The notes below the pieces were generated by a model. The model searched no databases. It had not been told where the DNA came from and worked only from the letters and a program-made list of their open reading frames with translations. This document shows, in pieces, positions 32,769 through 44,345 of a stretch of 64,000 nucleotides of DNA (its first letter is position 1; every line of letters begins with the position of its first letter). Origin of the DNA: an uncultured Alphaproteobacteria bacterium (GTDB lineage Bacteria > Pseudomonadota > Alphaproteobacteria > Rhizobiales > Xanthobacteraceae); assembly GCA_963749815.1 (NCBI GenBank), contig CAVVON010000021.1:293469-357468 (forward strand), given 5' to 3'. A program made the translations under genes and the position numbers.

Positions 32769-33734
32769 CTATTCCACCGACAGTCCGGCCGCCTTCACCA
32801 CCGTGCCCCATTTCTCGGTTTCGTCGGTGACGAATTTTCCGAACGCGGCCGGCGACAGCGGCATCGGCGTGGCGCCGAGCTCGGCGATGCGCGCCTTGAT
32901 CTTGGGATCGGCGAGCGCCGCGGCCATCGCCTTGTTGAGCGTCTCGACCGCTTCGCCCGGCATGCCCTTGGGCCCGGAAATGCCGTACCAGACGCTCGCC
33001 TCGTAGCCCTTCACGGTCTCGCCGACGGTCGGGACGTCGGGCAGCGCCTCCGAGCGCGCCGCCGTGGTGACGCCGAGCGCGCGCAACTGGCCGGATTTGA
33101 TGAACTGCATCGAGCCCGGCAGGTTGTCGAACAGCACATGGACCTTGCCGGTCATCAGGTCGGGATAGGCGGCGGCCGAGCCGCGATAGGGCACGTGCAC
33201 CATGTCGAGCTTGGTCATCATCTTGAACAGCTCGGCCGACATGTGCACCGAGGTGCCGTTGCCGGAGGAGGCGTAGCTGAGCTTGCCCGGATTGGCGCGC
33301 GCGTAGTCGATGAACTCCTGCACCGTCTTCACCGGCAGCGACGGCGGCACCACCATCACGTTGGTGAGCTGCATCATGCCGGCGACCGGCGTGGTGTCGC
33401 GCAGGAAATTGAACGGCAGGCTCTTGTAGAGCGTCGTGCCGATGGCGTTGTTGGGCGCGACGAACATGATGGTGTAGCCGTCGGGCGGCGAATTGATCAC
33501 CGCGTTGGCGGCGATCATGCCGCCGGAGCCGACCCGGTTCTCGATCACGAACGGCGCGCCGAGATGGTTCGCCAGCCACTCGCCCATGATGCGGGCGACG
33601 ATGTCGTTCGGGCCGCCGGCCGCGAAGCCCACCACCCAGTGCACCGGCCGGCTCGGATACTTGTCGGCGGCGAGCGCTTGCGTCGACAGAACCGCCGCGA
33701 CGACGGCCAGCAACATGGGGCGGAGGATGCGCAT
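32769..33734 (-). CDS. Bug/TctC-family substrate-binding protein, copy 9 (intact)
   Basis: MRILRPMLLAVVAAVLSTQALAADKYPSRPVHWVVGFAAGGPNDI...PYRGSAAAYPDLMTGKVHVLFD...FVTDETEKWGTVVKAAGLSVE*. Confidence 0.88.
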   Translation of the reverse strand: MRILRPMLLAVVAAVLSTQALAADKYPSRPVHWVVGFAAGGPNDIVARIMGEWLANHLGAPFVIENRVGSGGMIAANAVINSPPDGYTIMFVAPNNAIGTTLYKSLPFNFLRDTTPVAGMMQLTNVMVVPPSLPVKTVQEFIDYARANPGKLSYASSGNGTSVHMSAELFKMMTKLDMVHVPYRGSAAAYPDLMTGKVHVLFDNLPGSMQFIKSGQLRALGVTTAARSEALPDVPTVGETVKGYEASVWYGISGPKGMPGEAVETLNKAMAAALADPKIKARIAELGATPMPLSPAAFGKFVTDETEKWGTVVKAAGLSVE

Positions 33735-33904
33735 CGACGTCTCCCTGGGCGCTGCTCTTGTCTCGCCATCATCCCATTTCGCCGCTGCGATGCAACGGCA
33801 ATCCATCGCCGCGCGCCGATGCCGCGGCGAGACGCGTTGCGCGCCCCGCCGGGCCGGTGTTAGCTGGCCCGCAACAACAACACGCTACGCCTAGGGAGGA
33901 GGCC

Positions 33905-34883
33905 ATGCCGGATCGCGTATCGCCATCGCATGCGAAGCTGTTGGCGGCCGCGCTCGCCGCCATCGGCGCGTGGGTCGCCGCACGCCTTCGCCGCCGACCA
34001 GCTCAAGGTCGCGGTCGGCGGGCGCGGCATCGGCGAGACCTTCGTGACCGAGGTCGGCTACAAGGCCGGCCTGTTCACCAAGCACGATCTCGCGCTCGAC
34101 ATCTTCTACACCGACGGCGGCGGCGAGACCCAGCAGGCGGTGATCTCCAACAGCGCGCAGATCGGCGTCGCCTCGGGCTTCCTCGGCGCCATCGGCGTGT
34201 TCGCCAAGGGCGCGCCGGTGCGCATCATCGGCGGCTCCTATACCGGCGGCAGCCAGGTGTTCTTCTACGTGCCGGCGAATTCGCCGATCGCCTCGCCGCA
34301 GGACCTCGGCGGCAAGACCGTGGCCTATTCGAACAACGGCTCGTCGACGCATGCCGGCGTGCTCGCCTTGCAGAAGCACTTCAAGGTCAACTTCAAGCCG
34401 ACGCCGACCGGCAATGCCGCCGCCACCATGACGGCGACCATGAGCGGGCAGGTCGACGTCGGCTGGGCCGGCGCGCCGTTCGGCGTCGCCGAGCTCGACG
34501 CCGGCAAGACCCGGCTGATCATGAAGTCGTCGGACGCGCCCGACTTCGACAAGCAGACCAACCGCGTCATCATCGCCAATGCCGACGAGCTGAAAGGCCG
34601 GCGCGACGTGGTCACGCGCTTCATGCGCGGCTACCGCGATTCGCTCGCCTGGATCTATTCGACGCCGGAGGGGCTCTCGGCCTACGCGGCGTTCGCCAAG
34701 CTCTCCGAGCCGACGGCCCAGCGCGCGCTCAAGGAATTCCTGCCGCCGGCCGCGGTCAGCCCGGACCGGATTTCGGGGATCGACGAGGTGATGGCCGACG
34801 CCATCAGCTTCAAGTTCATCGCCGCGCCGCTGAGCAAGGCGGAGCTGACCGAGCTGATCCAGATTCCGGAGCGGCGGCCGTGA
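33905..34883 (+). CDS. ABC transporter substrate-binding protein (NMT1-like); one apparent frameshift about 33975
   Basis: MPDRVSPSHAKLLAAALAAIGAWVA, then the 33930 frame HAFAADQLKVAVGGRGIGETFVTEVGYKAGLFTKHDL... Confidence 0.6.
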
Positions 34884-34916
34884 TGATCGCGCGCGCTACG
34901 CGCGAGGAAGAAGCTA

Positions 34917-35505
34917 TCAATTCCGCGCGATGATCTCGCGCTCGCCGCGATGCATGACCGGGATGGCGGGCATCTGGCCCATGCGCCGGCGCAGCAGGAT
35001 CGACGGCCGCCGGCCCTTCAGCGGCGGTGCGCTTGCGGCGGCGTGCCACCGGAGCGGACACCCGCAGCGCGCCCATGCGCGCGAACGGCTCGCGCAGCGC
35101 GCCGTCCGCCTCCGCGACCAGGAGCGGCACGCCGAGGACGCGGGCCCAGGATTGCCACTCGGCCACGATGTCGGTGCCGTCGGCCGCGCGATAGAGCGGC
35201 AGCGACAGCGCCGGATCGAAATGCTCCAGCACGACCGTGATCGCGCCCGGGTTCTCGTCCGCGGGCGGCTCCATGCGGATCGCGACGCCGAGATAGTTGG
35301 CGACCGGCAGGTTGAGCGCCATCTTGATGCCGCTGACCGAGCGGCGCACCACGACGCGCTCGCGCGTCAGCTCGACCGAGCGGATGCGTTCGTCGGCGGC
35401 CTTGTCGCTCACGGTGAAGCGCAAGGGGAGGGCGAAGGGGTCGAGCCGCTCGACACGGCTCGACCCGGCAGGCGCGAGCCTGCCAATGGTTGCTTGACGC
35501 CTCAA
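34917..35505 (-). CDS. Conserved hypothetical protein (alphaproteobacterial; possibly DUF6101-like); one apparent frameshift about 35010
   Basis: MRRQATIGRLAPAGSSRVERLDPFALPLRFTVSDKAADERIRSVEL... The C-terminus RRPSILLRRRMGQMPAIPVMHRGEREIIARN* is in a shifted frame. Confidence 0.45.
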
Positions 35506-35743
35506 GTTCTTGCTCCCCGCCGGGTATGCCCCGGTTCATTTCGCCCCGCCGGAAGTTCGTCCCCCCGGTCGTTCGTTGCCCCAAACATGCCGCAAACAGG
35601 TCGGAATCGGCTTAATGTTTTCGGTTAATCCGTGGTATCGGGACCGCATGCGTCATACATGCTTGCCGCGAGGTTGCCACGCAGCCTCAATTTTTTCTTA
35701 TCTGCGCTGGATGCGCGTACCTAAAGGCGTGTAAGCCCTCCCA

Positions 35744-37093
35744 ATGTCATCACTTCTCGATCAATCCGCCCTCACCGAACTCGCCCAACGCCTGGTCAAA
35801 GCCGCAAAAACCGCCGGCGCCGACACCGCCGACGCGGTCGCGGTGCGCGGCGTTTCGGTTTCCGTCGAAGTGCGCGAGGGCGCGGTCGAGGAATCGACGC
35901 GAGCCGAGGGCGACGATGTCGGCCTGCGCGTGTTCGTCGGCCGCCGCCAGGCGGTGGTGTCGACCAACGACATCAAGGCCGACGCGGCCGAGCTGGCGCA
36001 GCGCGCGGTGGCGATGGCGAAAGTCGCGCCCGAGGATGCCTATGCGGGGCTCGCCGACCAGGATCGCCTGACGCGCGCGATCCCGGACCTCGACCTGATC
36101 GACCCGGACCTGCCGACGGTCGCGGTCCTGGAACAGCGTGCGCGCGGCGCCGAGACCGCGGCGCGTGCGGTCACGGGCGTCACCAAGTCGGGCGGCGCCT
36201 CCGCCTCCGCCGGCATCAGCGGCCTGGTGCTGGTGACCAGCCATGGCTTCCACGGCGCCTATCTCAGCTCGAGCCAGAGCGTGTCGGTCGAGGCCATCGC
36301 CGGCGAAGGCACCGCGATGGAGCGCGACTACGACTATTCCTACGTGATCCACGGCAGCGATCTCGAAGATCCCGCCAAGGTCGGCCGTACCGCCGGCGAG
36401 CGCGCCGTGAAGCGGCTCAATCCGCGCAAGGTCGCGACCAAGAAGGTGCCGATCGTGTTCGACCGGCGCATCTCCGGCTCGCTCATCGGGCACCTCTCGA
36501 GCGCGATCAACGGCAGCGCGGTCGCCCGCAAGACCAGTTTCCTCCGCGACAAGCTCGGCCAACGGCTGTTCAAGCCCGGCATCCGCATCGTCGACGATCC
36601 GCTGCGCAAGCGCGGGCTGCGCTCGCGGCCGTTCGACGCCGAAGGCGTCGCGGTCAAGCCGCTCGCCGTCATCGACGACGGCGTGCTGACCTCGTGGTTC
36701 CTCGACAGCGCCACCGCGCGCGAACTGAAGCTGACGACCACCGGCCACGCCCAGCGCGGGGTGTCGTCGTCGCCGTCGCCGGGCGCCTCCAATCTGCACC
36801 TCGCGGCCGGCAAGGACACGCCCGAGGCGCTGATCGCCGACATCGCCGAAGGCTTCTACGTCACCGACCTGATCGGCATGGGCGTCAACCAGGTGACCGG
36901 CGACTACAGCCGCGGCGCATCCGGCTTCTGGATCGAGAACGGCAAGCTCGGCTACCCGGTGAGCGAGGTCACCATCGCCGGCAATCTGGTCGACATGTTC
37001 GCGGCGCTCACGCCGGCGAACGATCTCGAATTCCGCTACGGCACCAATGCGCCGACGGTGCGCCTGGAGGGCCTCACCGTTGCAGGCCGCTGA
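35744..37093 (+). CDS. pmbA: Metalloprotease PmbA/TldE (TldD/PmbA family)
   Basis: Intact 449-aa ORF ending ...SEVTIAGNLVDMFAALTPANDLEFRYGTNAPTVRLEGLTVAGR*. Confidence 0.85.
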   Translation: MSSLLDQSALTELAQRLVKAAKTAGADTADAVAVRGVSVSVEVREGAVEESTRAEGDDVGLRVFVGRRQAVVSTNDIKADAAELAQRAVAMAKVAPEDAYAGLADQDRLTRAIPDLDLIDPDLPTVAVLEQRARGAETAARAVTGVTKSGGASASAGISGLVLVTSHGFHGAYLSSSQSVSVEAIAGEGTAMERDYDYSYVIHGSDLEDPAKVGRTAGERAVKRLNPRKVATKKVPIVFDRRISGSLIGHLSSAINGSAVARKTSFLRDKLGQRLFKPGIRIVDDPLRKRGLRSRPFDAEGVAVKPLAVIDDGVLTSWFLDSATARELKLTTTGHAQRGVSSSPSPGASNLHLAAGKDTPEALIADIAEGFYVTDLIGMGVNQVTGDYSRGASGFWIENGKLGYPVSEVTIAGNLVDMFAALTPANDLEFRYGTNAPTVRLEGLTVAGR

Positions 37094-37890
37094 GGACCTC
37101 CGAGGCTGCCGACATCGCCGCACTGCTGGCAAGCGCCGTGCGCGAAGGCGGAGCCCTGGCGCTGGGCAAGTTCCGCACCGAGTTCAAGACCTGGACCAAG
37201 GATCAGAGTTCCCCGGTCAGCGAGGTCGACATCGCGGTCGACGGGCTGTTGCGCGAGCGGCTCGGCGCCCACGACCGAAGCTACGGCTGGCTGTCGGAGG
37301 AGACCGCGGACGATCCGGCCCGCCTCGACGCCAAGCGCGTCTGGATCGTCGATCCGATCGACGGCACGCGCGGCTTCATCGGCGGCCTGCCGGACTGGAC
37401 GGTGGTGGCGGCGCTGGTCGAGGACGGCCGCCCGATCTGCGCCGCGGTTTATGCGCCGGTCGATGACGAACTGTTCCTGGCGGAGGCCGGCCGCGGCGCG
37501 ACCCGCAACGGTCTCCCGATCGCCGCCAGCAGCGGCGACACGATGGCGGGCGCCAAGTTCACCGGTCCCAAGCGCCGCCTCGATGCGCTCGCGACCATCG
37601 CCCCCGGCATCGAGATGATCCCGCGGATCGCCTCGCTCGCTCTGCGGCTGGCGCGGGTCGCGACCGGTGCGCTCGACGGCACCTTGGCCGGTCCCAACAG
37701 CCACGACTGGGACCTCGCGGCCTCCGACCTGTTGGTGCACGAGGCCGGCGGCGTGCTGACCGATTTGGAGGGCGAGCCGCTCACCTACAATCGGCCGCAC
37801 CCGGTGCACGGCGCGCTGGTGGCGGCGGGCCGCGCGCGCCACGCCGCGCTGCTCAACCTTGTGCATGCCAACCGGACGAGTTTCGCGTAA
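37090..37890 (+). CDS. Inositol monophosphatase family protein (CysQ-like 3'(2'),5'-bisphosphate nucleotidase); start not resolved
   Basis: Motifs GWLSEE, WIVDPIDGT and HDWDLAA. No canonical start was found near the pmbA stop (CTG at 37090 or an indel-damaged start). Confidence 0.7.
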   Translation: MRTSEAADIAALLASAVREGGALALGKFRTEFKTWTKDQSSPVSEVDIAVDGLLRERLGAHDRSYGWLSEETADDPARLDAKRVWIVDPIDGTRGFIGGLPDWTVVAALVEDGRPICAAVYAPVDDELFLAEAGRGATRNGLPIAASSGDTMAGAKFTGPKRRLDALATIAPGIEMIPRIASLALRLARVATGALDGTLAGPNSHDWDLAASDLLVHEAGGVLTDLEGEPLTYNRPHPVHGALVAAGRARHAALLNLVHANRTSFA

Positions 37891-37942
37891 GCTTCCGGTC
37901 CAGGCGCGCGGCCGGCGGCGCGCCGCACATGAGGATGAATAA

Positions 37943-38185
37943 ATGTCGGACAAGCCTGCCCAACTCCTCCATCTCGTTCTTGGCGGAGAACTGAATCACC
38001 TCGACACCGTCGAGTTTCGCGACTTGGACAAGGTCGAAATCGTCGGCCTCTATCCGAACTACGCCACCGCCTATGCGGCCTGGAAAGCGAAGGCCCAGCA
38101 GACCGTTGACAACGCCCAGATGCGTTATTTCATCGTGCACCTGCACCGGCTTCTGGATCCGGCGACCGATCGGCAGGGACACTAG
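37943..38185 (+). CDS. DUF4170-family small protein
   Basis: Intact 80-aa ORF ...LLHLVLGGELNHLDTVEFRDLDKVEIVGLYPNYATAYAAWKAKAQQTVDNAQMRYFIVHLHRLLDP. Confidence 0.65.
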   Translation: MSDKPAQLLHLVLGGELNHLDTVEFRDLDKVEIVGLYPNYATAYAAWKAKAQQTVDNAQMRYFIVHLHRLLDPATDRQGH

Positions 38186-38196
38186 AAGACCCGTCG

Positions 38197-38895
38197 ATGA
38201 ACCTGCTCAAGCATTTCGCCAAGTCGCGAACGATGCACCGGACCATCGGTACGCTCGCGGCCGAATATCTGCGGCTGGTGTGGCGGACCAACCGCTGCGT
38301 CATCGAGCCGGCCGATTTCTACGAGCGGATTGCGCCGGACCTGCCGATCATCGCGGCGATGTGGCACGGCCAGCATTTCATGGCGCCGTTCGTGCGCCGC
38401 GCCGAGGACAAGGTGAAGGTGCTGATCTCGCGGCATCGCGACGGCGAGATCAACGCTGCCGCCGTCGAACGTCTGGGCTCGGGGACGATTCGCGGTTCCG
38501 GCAATCACGGCGCCCGCTACGACCGCAAGGGCGGCGTCGCCGCCCTGAAGGGCATGATCGATGCGCTGTCGGAGGGCTACAGCATCGCGATGACGGCCGA
38601 CGTGCCGAAGGTGTCGCGCGTCGCCGGCGCCGGCATCGTCACGCTGGCGCGCTTTTCCGGCCGCGCCATCTATCCGGTCGCGGCCGCGACCAGCCGGCGG
38701 ATCGAGCTCGACAGTTGGGACCGCACCACGGTCAACCTGCCGTTCGGCCGGCTCGCCATCGTGGCCGGCGATCCGATTCGCGTCGCGGCTGAAGCCGACG
38801 AGCCCGCGCAGGAAGTGGCCCGGCAGGCGGTCGAAGCCGGGCTCAATGCCGCGACCGCGCGCGCCTATGACATTGTCGACCGTCGCAAGCATTAA
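38197..38895 (+). CDS. DUF374 / lysophospholipid acyltransferase-like protein
   Basis: Intact 232-aa ORF upstream of waaA. WHGQHF...SRHRDGE...AMTADVPK pattern. Confidence 0.65.
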   Translation: MNLLKHFAKSRTMHRTIGTLAAEYLRLVWRTNRCVIEPADFYERIAPDLPIIAAMWHGQHFMAPFVRRAEDKVKVLISRHRDGEINAAAVERLGSGTIRGSGNHGARYDRKGGVAALKGMIDALSEGYSIAMTADVPKVSRVAGAGIVTLARFSGRAIYPVAAATSRRIELDSWDRTTVNLPFGRLAIVAGDPIRVAAEADEPAQEVARQAVEAGLNAATARAYDIVDRRKH

Positions 38896-39047
38896 TCCCC
38901 GTTGATCATAATTCGATGACGGCGCAGTTCTGCCCGCGCCGCCGATCTCAAGTCTGGTAGGGCTGCGGCCGAGCGGGTAAAGTTCGCCCGGGGGCGCCTC
39001 GCGGACAATCGCCGCGCAGGTCGGCGCCGTGCGCCCCGACCGGGAGA

Positions 39048-40389
39048 ATGACGTTGTCGCAAAGCGGCGCGCAGAGGCCGGTTGTGACAGAGCGGCTGCC
39101 GCTCACGCTGCACGCCTATCGGGCCCTGTCGGCCGCGGCTGCGCCGTTTGCCAATCTGCTGCTCTCGCATCGCCTCAAGCGCGGCAAGGAGCACGTGCTG
39201 CGGATCAACGAGCGCCGCGGCGAAACCGCGCTTGCGAGACCCGCCGGCCCGCTGGTCTGGCTGCACGGCGCCAGCGTCGGCGAACTGACCGCGATCATCC
39301 CGCTGGCCGAGCGCATCCGCGCCAAGAGCTTCAACGTGCTGGTCACGTCCGGCACCGTCACGTCGGCGAAGCTCGCCGAGGAGCGCTTCCCGCCGAGCGT
39401 GATCCACCAGTTCGTGCCGCTCGACGCGCCGCCGTTCGTCAACCGGTTCCTGCGCCACTGGCGGCCCGACCTCGCCCTGATGGTGGAAGGCGACCTGTGG
39501 CCCAACCTGATCACGGCGAGCGCCGCGCGCGGCATCCCGCTGATCCTGATCAACGGCCGGCTGTCGGAGCGCTCGTTCCGCCGCTGGCGGAAGTTTCCGG
39601 GCATGATCGCGGCGCTGCTGCGCGGCTTCGAGCTTTGCCTCGCGCAGTCGGCGAACGACGCCGCGCGCTATCGCGATCTCGGCGCGCCGCGCGTCGCCAC
39701 CACCGGCAACCTGAAGCTCGACGTGCCGGAGCCGCCCGCCGATCCGGAGCGGCTGAAGGAACTGAAAGACGCGATCGGCGCCCGCACCGTGGTCGCGGCG
39801 GCGTCCACCCATCCGGGCGAGGAAGCCGCGATGATCGACGCGCACCGGCGCCTGCGCGGCACCTTTCCGGGCCTGCTCACCATGATCGCGCCGCGCCACG
39901 TGGAGCGCGGTCCCGCCATCCTCGACATCGCCAATGCGGCCAATCTGTCGGTGGGGCTGCGCTCGCGCGGCGAATTGCCGGGACCGGAGACGGAAATCTA
40001 CATCGCCGACACCATGGGCGAACTGGGCCTGCTCTACCGCGTGGCGCCGATCGTGTTCGTGGGCGGCTCGCTCGCCAGCCACGGCGGACAGAACCCGATC
40101 GAGCCGGCCAAGCTCGGCGCCGCCATCCTGCACGGCCCCAATGTCTGGAACTTCGCCGACATCTACGCCGCGCTCGACGCCGGGCATGGCGCCGAGCAGG
40201 TGACGGACGTCGGCAAGCTCGCCGTCCGCATGGGCGCGCTGCTTGAAGGACACGGACGCGCGCCGGACCGCGGTCGAGGCCGGACGCGAGACCGTCAACC
40301 TGCTCGGCGGCGCGCTCGACAAGACCACCGCCGCGCTCGAGCCCTACCTGATGCAGATCCGCCTCGAGAACCGGAGCGGCGATGCGTGA
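39048..40389 (+). CDS. waaA: 3-deoxy-D-manno-octulosonic acid (Kdo) transferase; one apparent frameshift about 40250
   Basis: ...LVWLHGASVGELTAIIPLAERI...NGRLSERSFRRW...GGSLASHGGQNPIEPAKLG... The tail ...[25 protein letters not shown] is in a shifted frame and overlaps the lpxK ATG. Confidence 0.85.
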
Positions 40390-41407
40390 GCCGGCGTTCT
40401 GGTGGCGCGAGCCGGGGATGGCCGCGCTGGCGCTGTCGCCGCTCGCCGCGCTCTACGGCCTGGTCGCGGGCACCCGATTGAGGCTGCGCGGCCGGCGCGC
40501 GAGCGTGCCGGTCGTCTGCCTCGGCGATCCGACCGTCGGCGGCGCCGGCAAGACGCCGACCGCGATCGCGGTGGCGCGGATGCTGCAGGCGGCGGGCGAG
40601 CGGCCGGCGTTCCTGACCCGCGGCTATGGCGGCGAGCTTCCCGGCCCGCTGGCGATCGATCCGGCGCAGCATCGCGCCGCGGAGGTGGGCGACGAGCCGC
40701 TGCTGTTGGCGCGGGCGGCGACCACCATCGTGTCGCGCGTCGCGGCCGCAGGGCGCGCAGGCCGCGGCGGCGGCCGGCGCCAGCGTGATCGTGATGGACG
40801 ACGGCTTCCAGAATCCCTCGCTCGCCAAGGATTTCGCGGTGCTGATCGTCGATGCCGGCCGCGGCATCGGCAACGGCCGGGTGATTCCGGCTGGCCCGCT
40901 GCGCGCGCCGCTCGGCGCGCAACTGGCGCGCGCCGATGCGCTGATCGTGATCGGCGAGGGGCTGGGCGCACGCCGATGTCGCGGCGAGCGCCCACGCGCG
41001 AGACATTCCGGTGTTCCAGGCGCGGCTCGTGCCCGACCCGGACATCGTCGCGGCGCTCGGCAGCGGCCGGGTGCTGGCGTTCGCGGGCATCGGCAGCCCG
41101 GAGAAATTCTTCGCCACGCTGACCGGCGCCGGCGTCGCGGTCGCTGTCGACGCGGGCGTTTCCCGATCATCATCGCTTTACCCAAGCCGAGGCGCGATGC
41201 GCTGTGCGAGGAAGCCGATCGCGACGGCCTCGTGCTGGTGACGACCGAGAAGGATCTGGCGCGGATGCAGGGCGAGGAAGCCGCCGCCGATCTGGCGGCG
41301 CGCGCGCAGGCGCTGCCGGTCACGCTCGCGTTCGACGACGAGGCGGATTTTCTGGCGCTGCTGCTGGAGCGGATCGCGGCCGCGCGCGGCGAGCCGTCAC
41401 CGCCTGA
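40382..41407 (+). CDS. lpxK: Tetraacyldisaccharide 4'-kinase; at least 4 apparent frameshifts; 3' end uncertain (41407 or 41516)
   Basis: [12 protein letters not shown]..., P-loop [15 protein letters not shown], then [17 protein letters not shown]..., [12 protein letters not shown]..., AFPDHH.., [11 protein letters not shown] in different frames. Confidence 0.75.
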
Positions 41408-41625
41408 CGCGGTCGGGGAACTGGCGCTGCAGGACCGCGTCCGGCGACGGCATAGGCTTCCTGCAGGTCGACGCTCCAGTATTTCAGCTCTTCCAGCGGG
41501 ATCGCCGCCCCGGTGACGGCGCAGCGCACGAATGCGCCCGGCCGCACGACCCGAAAGTCGCCGTCGAGGTATTTGACTTCGGCCTCGCCGGCCGTCGGAG
41601 GGGAGCGGTCGAAACGGTTGAGCAT
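41397..41625 (-). CDS. DUF2093-family small protein; one apparent frameshift about 41450
   Basis: [59 protein letters not shown], then [15 protein letters not shown] in a shifted frame. Confidence 0.55.
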
Positions 41626-41751
41626 CGGGTCTCTGCGCCGGGTGTGACACCTTGCTACACGGTCCCGGCCGATCGCGGCAAGGGCGTGACCCGGTAAGAT
41701 AATCGTTCGCCGCTGCGTATGGTACTCGTTTCGCGCGCAAAAACGGCGCGG

Positions 41752-43348
41752 TCAGAACAGGCTGCCTTGCCCGCTCGCCGCCGCCGCTCTGCCGCCTCGA
41801 CTTGAGCGGCGCGACGCGCTCGGGCACCGGCGTGTCGGATTTCGCCTCCGCCAGCGCGCGCACCCGGCCGTCGGCGAACTCGATGTCGAGATGGCTGCCG
41901 GTCTGCACCGAGGCGGCCTGGCGCAGCGGCTTGCCCTTGGGGTCGCGCACCAGCGCAAAGCCGCGCGCCAGCACGCCGCGATAGGAGACGGCGGCCAGGA
42001 GCCGCTCGGCGCGCTCGACCCGGGCCGCACGATTCTGCAGCAGCGTATTGAAGGCGAGCCCGGCGCGATCGCCAAGCGACGACACGCGCTCGCGCGCCCG
42101 CACGATCTGGGTGCGCCGCGCATTGACGTAGGCGACGCGCGCCGCATCGAGCCGCAACTGCATGGCGGCGAACCGCTCGCGCCGGCGTTCCACGTGCACG
42201 CGCAGGCACTGCCCGGCGCGCTGCGCCAGCGTGGCGGTCCGCCTGCGCTCCGTGACGATGTGGCTGCGCAGGATCTGCGGCGTGAGCCTTCCGGCGAGCC
42301 GCGCATAGGCGGCGTGGTGGATCTGCGCATTGGCGATCAGCGCGCGCGGCAGCCGCCCCGCCGCGTGGTCGAGGCGCTGGCGCGGCAGCGCCAGCAGTTC
42401 CTCGGCGCCCGGCAGCGCGCGGGTCGCGGCGCGCAGCTCGGTGCGGCGGCCTTCCTGCGCGCGTTGCCAGCGAGGACAGCGCGCGGCGCGCGCAGCTGTC
42501 GACCCGCACCATCAGCTCGGCGCGCACCGGCACCGCCATCTCGGCGGCGGCGGTCGGCGTCGGCGCCCGCACGTCGGCGGCGAAATCGATCAGCGTCACG
42601 TCGGTCTCGTGGCCGACCGCCGAGATGAGCGGGATCTCGCTCTCGGCCGCGGCCCGCACCACGATCTCCTCGTTGAACGACCACAGGTCCTCGAGCGAGC
42701 CGCCGCCGCGCGCCACGATGATCAGGTCGGGCCGCGGGATGCCGCCCGTGGCGGGCAGCGCGTTGAAGCCGTGGATCGCGGCCGCGACCTCGGCGGCGGA
42801 GCTCCTCGCCCTGCACGCGCACCGGCCAGACGATGACGCGGCGCGGAAACCGGTCGGCGAGCCGGTGCAGGATGTCGCGGATGACGGCGCCGGTCGGCGA
42901 GGTGATGACGCCGATCACGTCCGGCAGGAACGGCAGGAGCTGCTTGCGCGCCGGATCGAACAGGCCTTCGGCGGTGAGCTTCTTCTTGCGCTCTTCCAGC
43001 AGCGCCATCAGCGCGCCGACGCCGGCGGGCTCCAGCGTCTCGACCACGATCTGGTATTTCGACTGGCCCGGATAGGTGGTGAGCCGGCCGGTCACGATCA
43101 CCTCGAGCCCTTCCTCGGGCTTGATGCGCATGCGGCCGTAGGCGCCCTTCCAGATCACCGCCTCGATCTTGGCGCCGTCGTCCTTGAGGGCGAAATAGCA
43201 GTGGCCGGAGCGAATGCGGGCCGCGGTAGCCGGAAATCTCGCCGCGCACCCGCACGTAGCCGTAGGCGTCCTCGACGGTCTTCTTCAGCGCCGCCGAGAG
43301 CTCGGAGACGCTCCATTCCGGGATGTTGAGGCGGGCCTGTTCGTTCAT
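41752..43348 (-). CDS. xseA: Exodeoxyribonuclease VII large subunit; at least 5 apparent frameshifts
   Basis: [46 protein letters not shown].., [39 protein letters not shown].., [38 protein letters not shown].., ...GQGSLF* spread over three frames. Confidence 0.8.
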
Positions 43349-43357
43349 GGCGAATCG

Positions 43358-43764
43358 TCAGGTGGTGACTGCCGCACCGTACTGCTCATCGGTGACGTGT
43401 TCCATCCAGGTCACGTGCTTGCCGTCGAGCGCCTCCTGGAGCGCGATGTGGGTCATCGCGGTGTCGGGGCCGGCGCCATGCCAGTGCTTTTCGTTCGGCG
43501 CGATCCACACGGTATCGCCGGGACGGATTTCGCGGATCGGCTGGCCCAAGACCTGCACCCGGCCGATCCCTTGCACCACGTGCAGGGTCTGGCCGAGCGG
43601 ATGGGTGTGCCAGGCGGTGCGCGCCTTCGGCTCGAACCGCACCCAGGCGCCGCGGATGCGCGCCGGCGCGGGCGCCTCGATGATCGGGTCCTGCCAGACC
43701 GTGCCGGTGAACGATTCGGCGGCACGCGGCGCGACGGCACGGTGCCGGCTCGTTTGATGTCCAT
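43358..43764 (-). CDS. Cupin-domain protein (the type often auto-named (R)-mandelonitrile lyase); one apparent frameshift about 43725
   Basis: [12 protein letters not shown].., then ...[29 protein letters not shown]...[19 protein letters not shown]... Confidence 0.65.
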
Positions 43765-43904
43765 TGCGATAGTTCCTCCTGCGGGCGCTTCGGCGCTTGC
43801 CGCAGCGGTCCTACCACCGATCGCCAGGCACTAGAAGCCTGCGATTCCACCGGTGGCCAATAGCGCAAACGATCCCTATGTTTCGCGGACGGAGGGCAAG
43901 CGCC

Positions 43905-44263
43905 ATGAAACTTCCCGGTCCCGATCACCCCATCGACATCGCGCCCAACCCCAAGCGCGTGCGTGTCACGTTCGCCGGCCGTGTGGTGGCGGATACCACG
44001 CGCGCGCTGACGCTGAAGGAGACGACCTACGCGCCGGTCCAGTACATCCCGCGCGAGGACGTCGACATGGCACTGCTCATGCGTACCGACCACGCCTCGC
44101 ACTGCCCCTACAAGGGCGATGCGTCCTACTACAGCGTGCAGGTCGGCGACCGCACGGCGGTGAACGCGGTCTGGAGCTACGAGCAGCCGTTTCCGGCGAT
44201 GGCGCCGATCGCCGGCCACGTGGCGTTCTATCCAACCGCATCGACGCCATCGAGCAGGTGTGA
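43905..44263 (+). CDS. DUF427-family protein; one apparent frameshift about 44232
   Basis: MKLPGPDHPIDIAPNPKRVRVTFAGRVVADTTRALTLKETTYAPVQYIPRED...CPYKGDASYYSV...HVAFYP, then NRIDAIEQV*. This fits one C missing from a CCC run. Confidence 0.65.
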
Positions 44264-44345
44264 ATGGCGGGAGCGGCGCGCTGTTGCGGGGCGTCCGCGC
44301 CGTGCTAAACAGCGCCGCTGATCCCACCCTCGTGATGCGCGCTGC

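Noticed and set aside
33758-34933. 391-aa plus-strand ORF starting upstream of the SBP gene
   Set aside because: Only its first roughly 25 codons after the ATG at 33905 belong to the real signal peptide. The rest is an off-frame of the NMT1-like SBP gene, whose true frame is 33930..34883.
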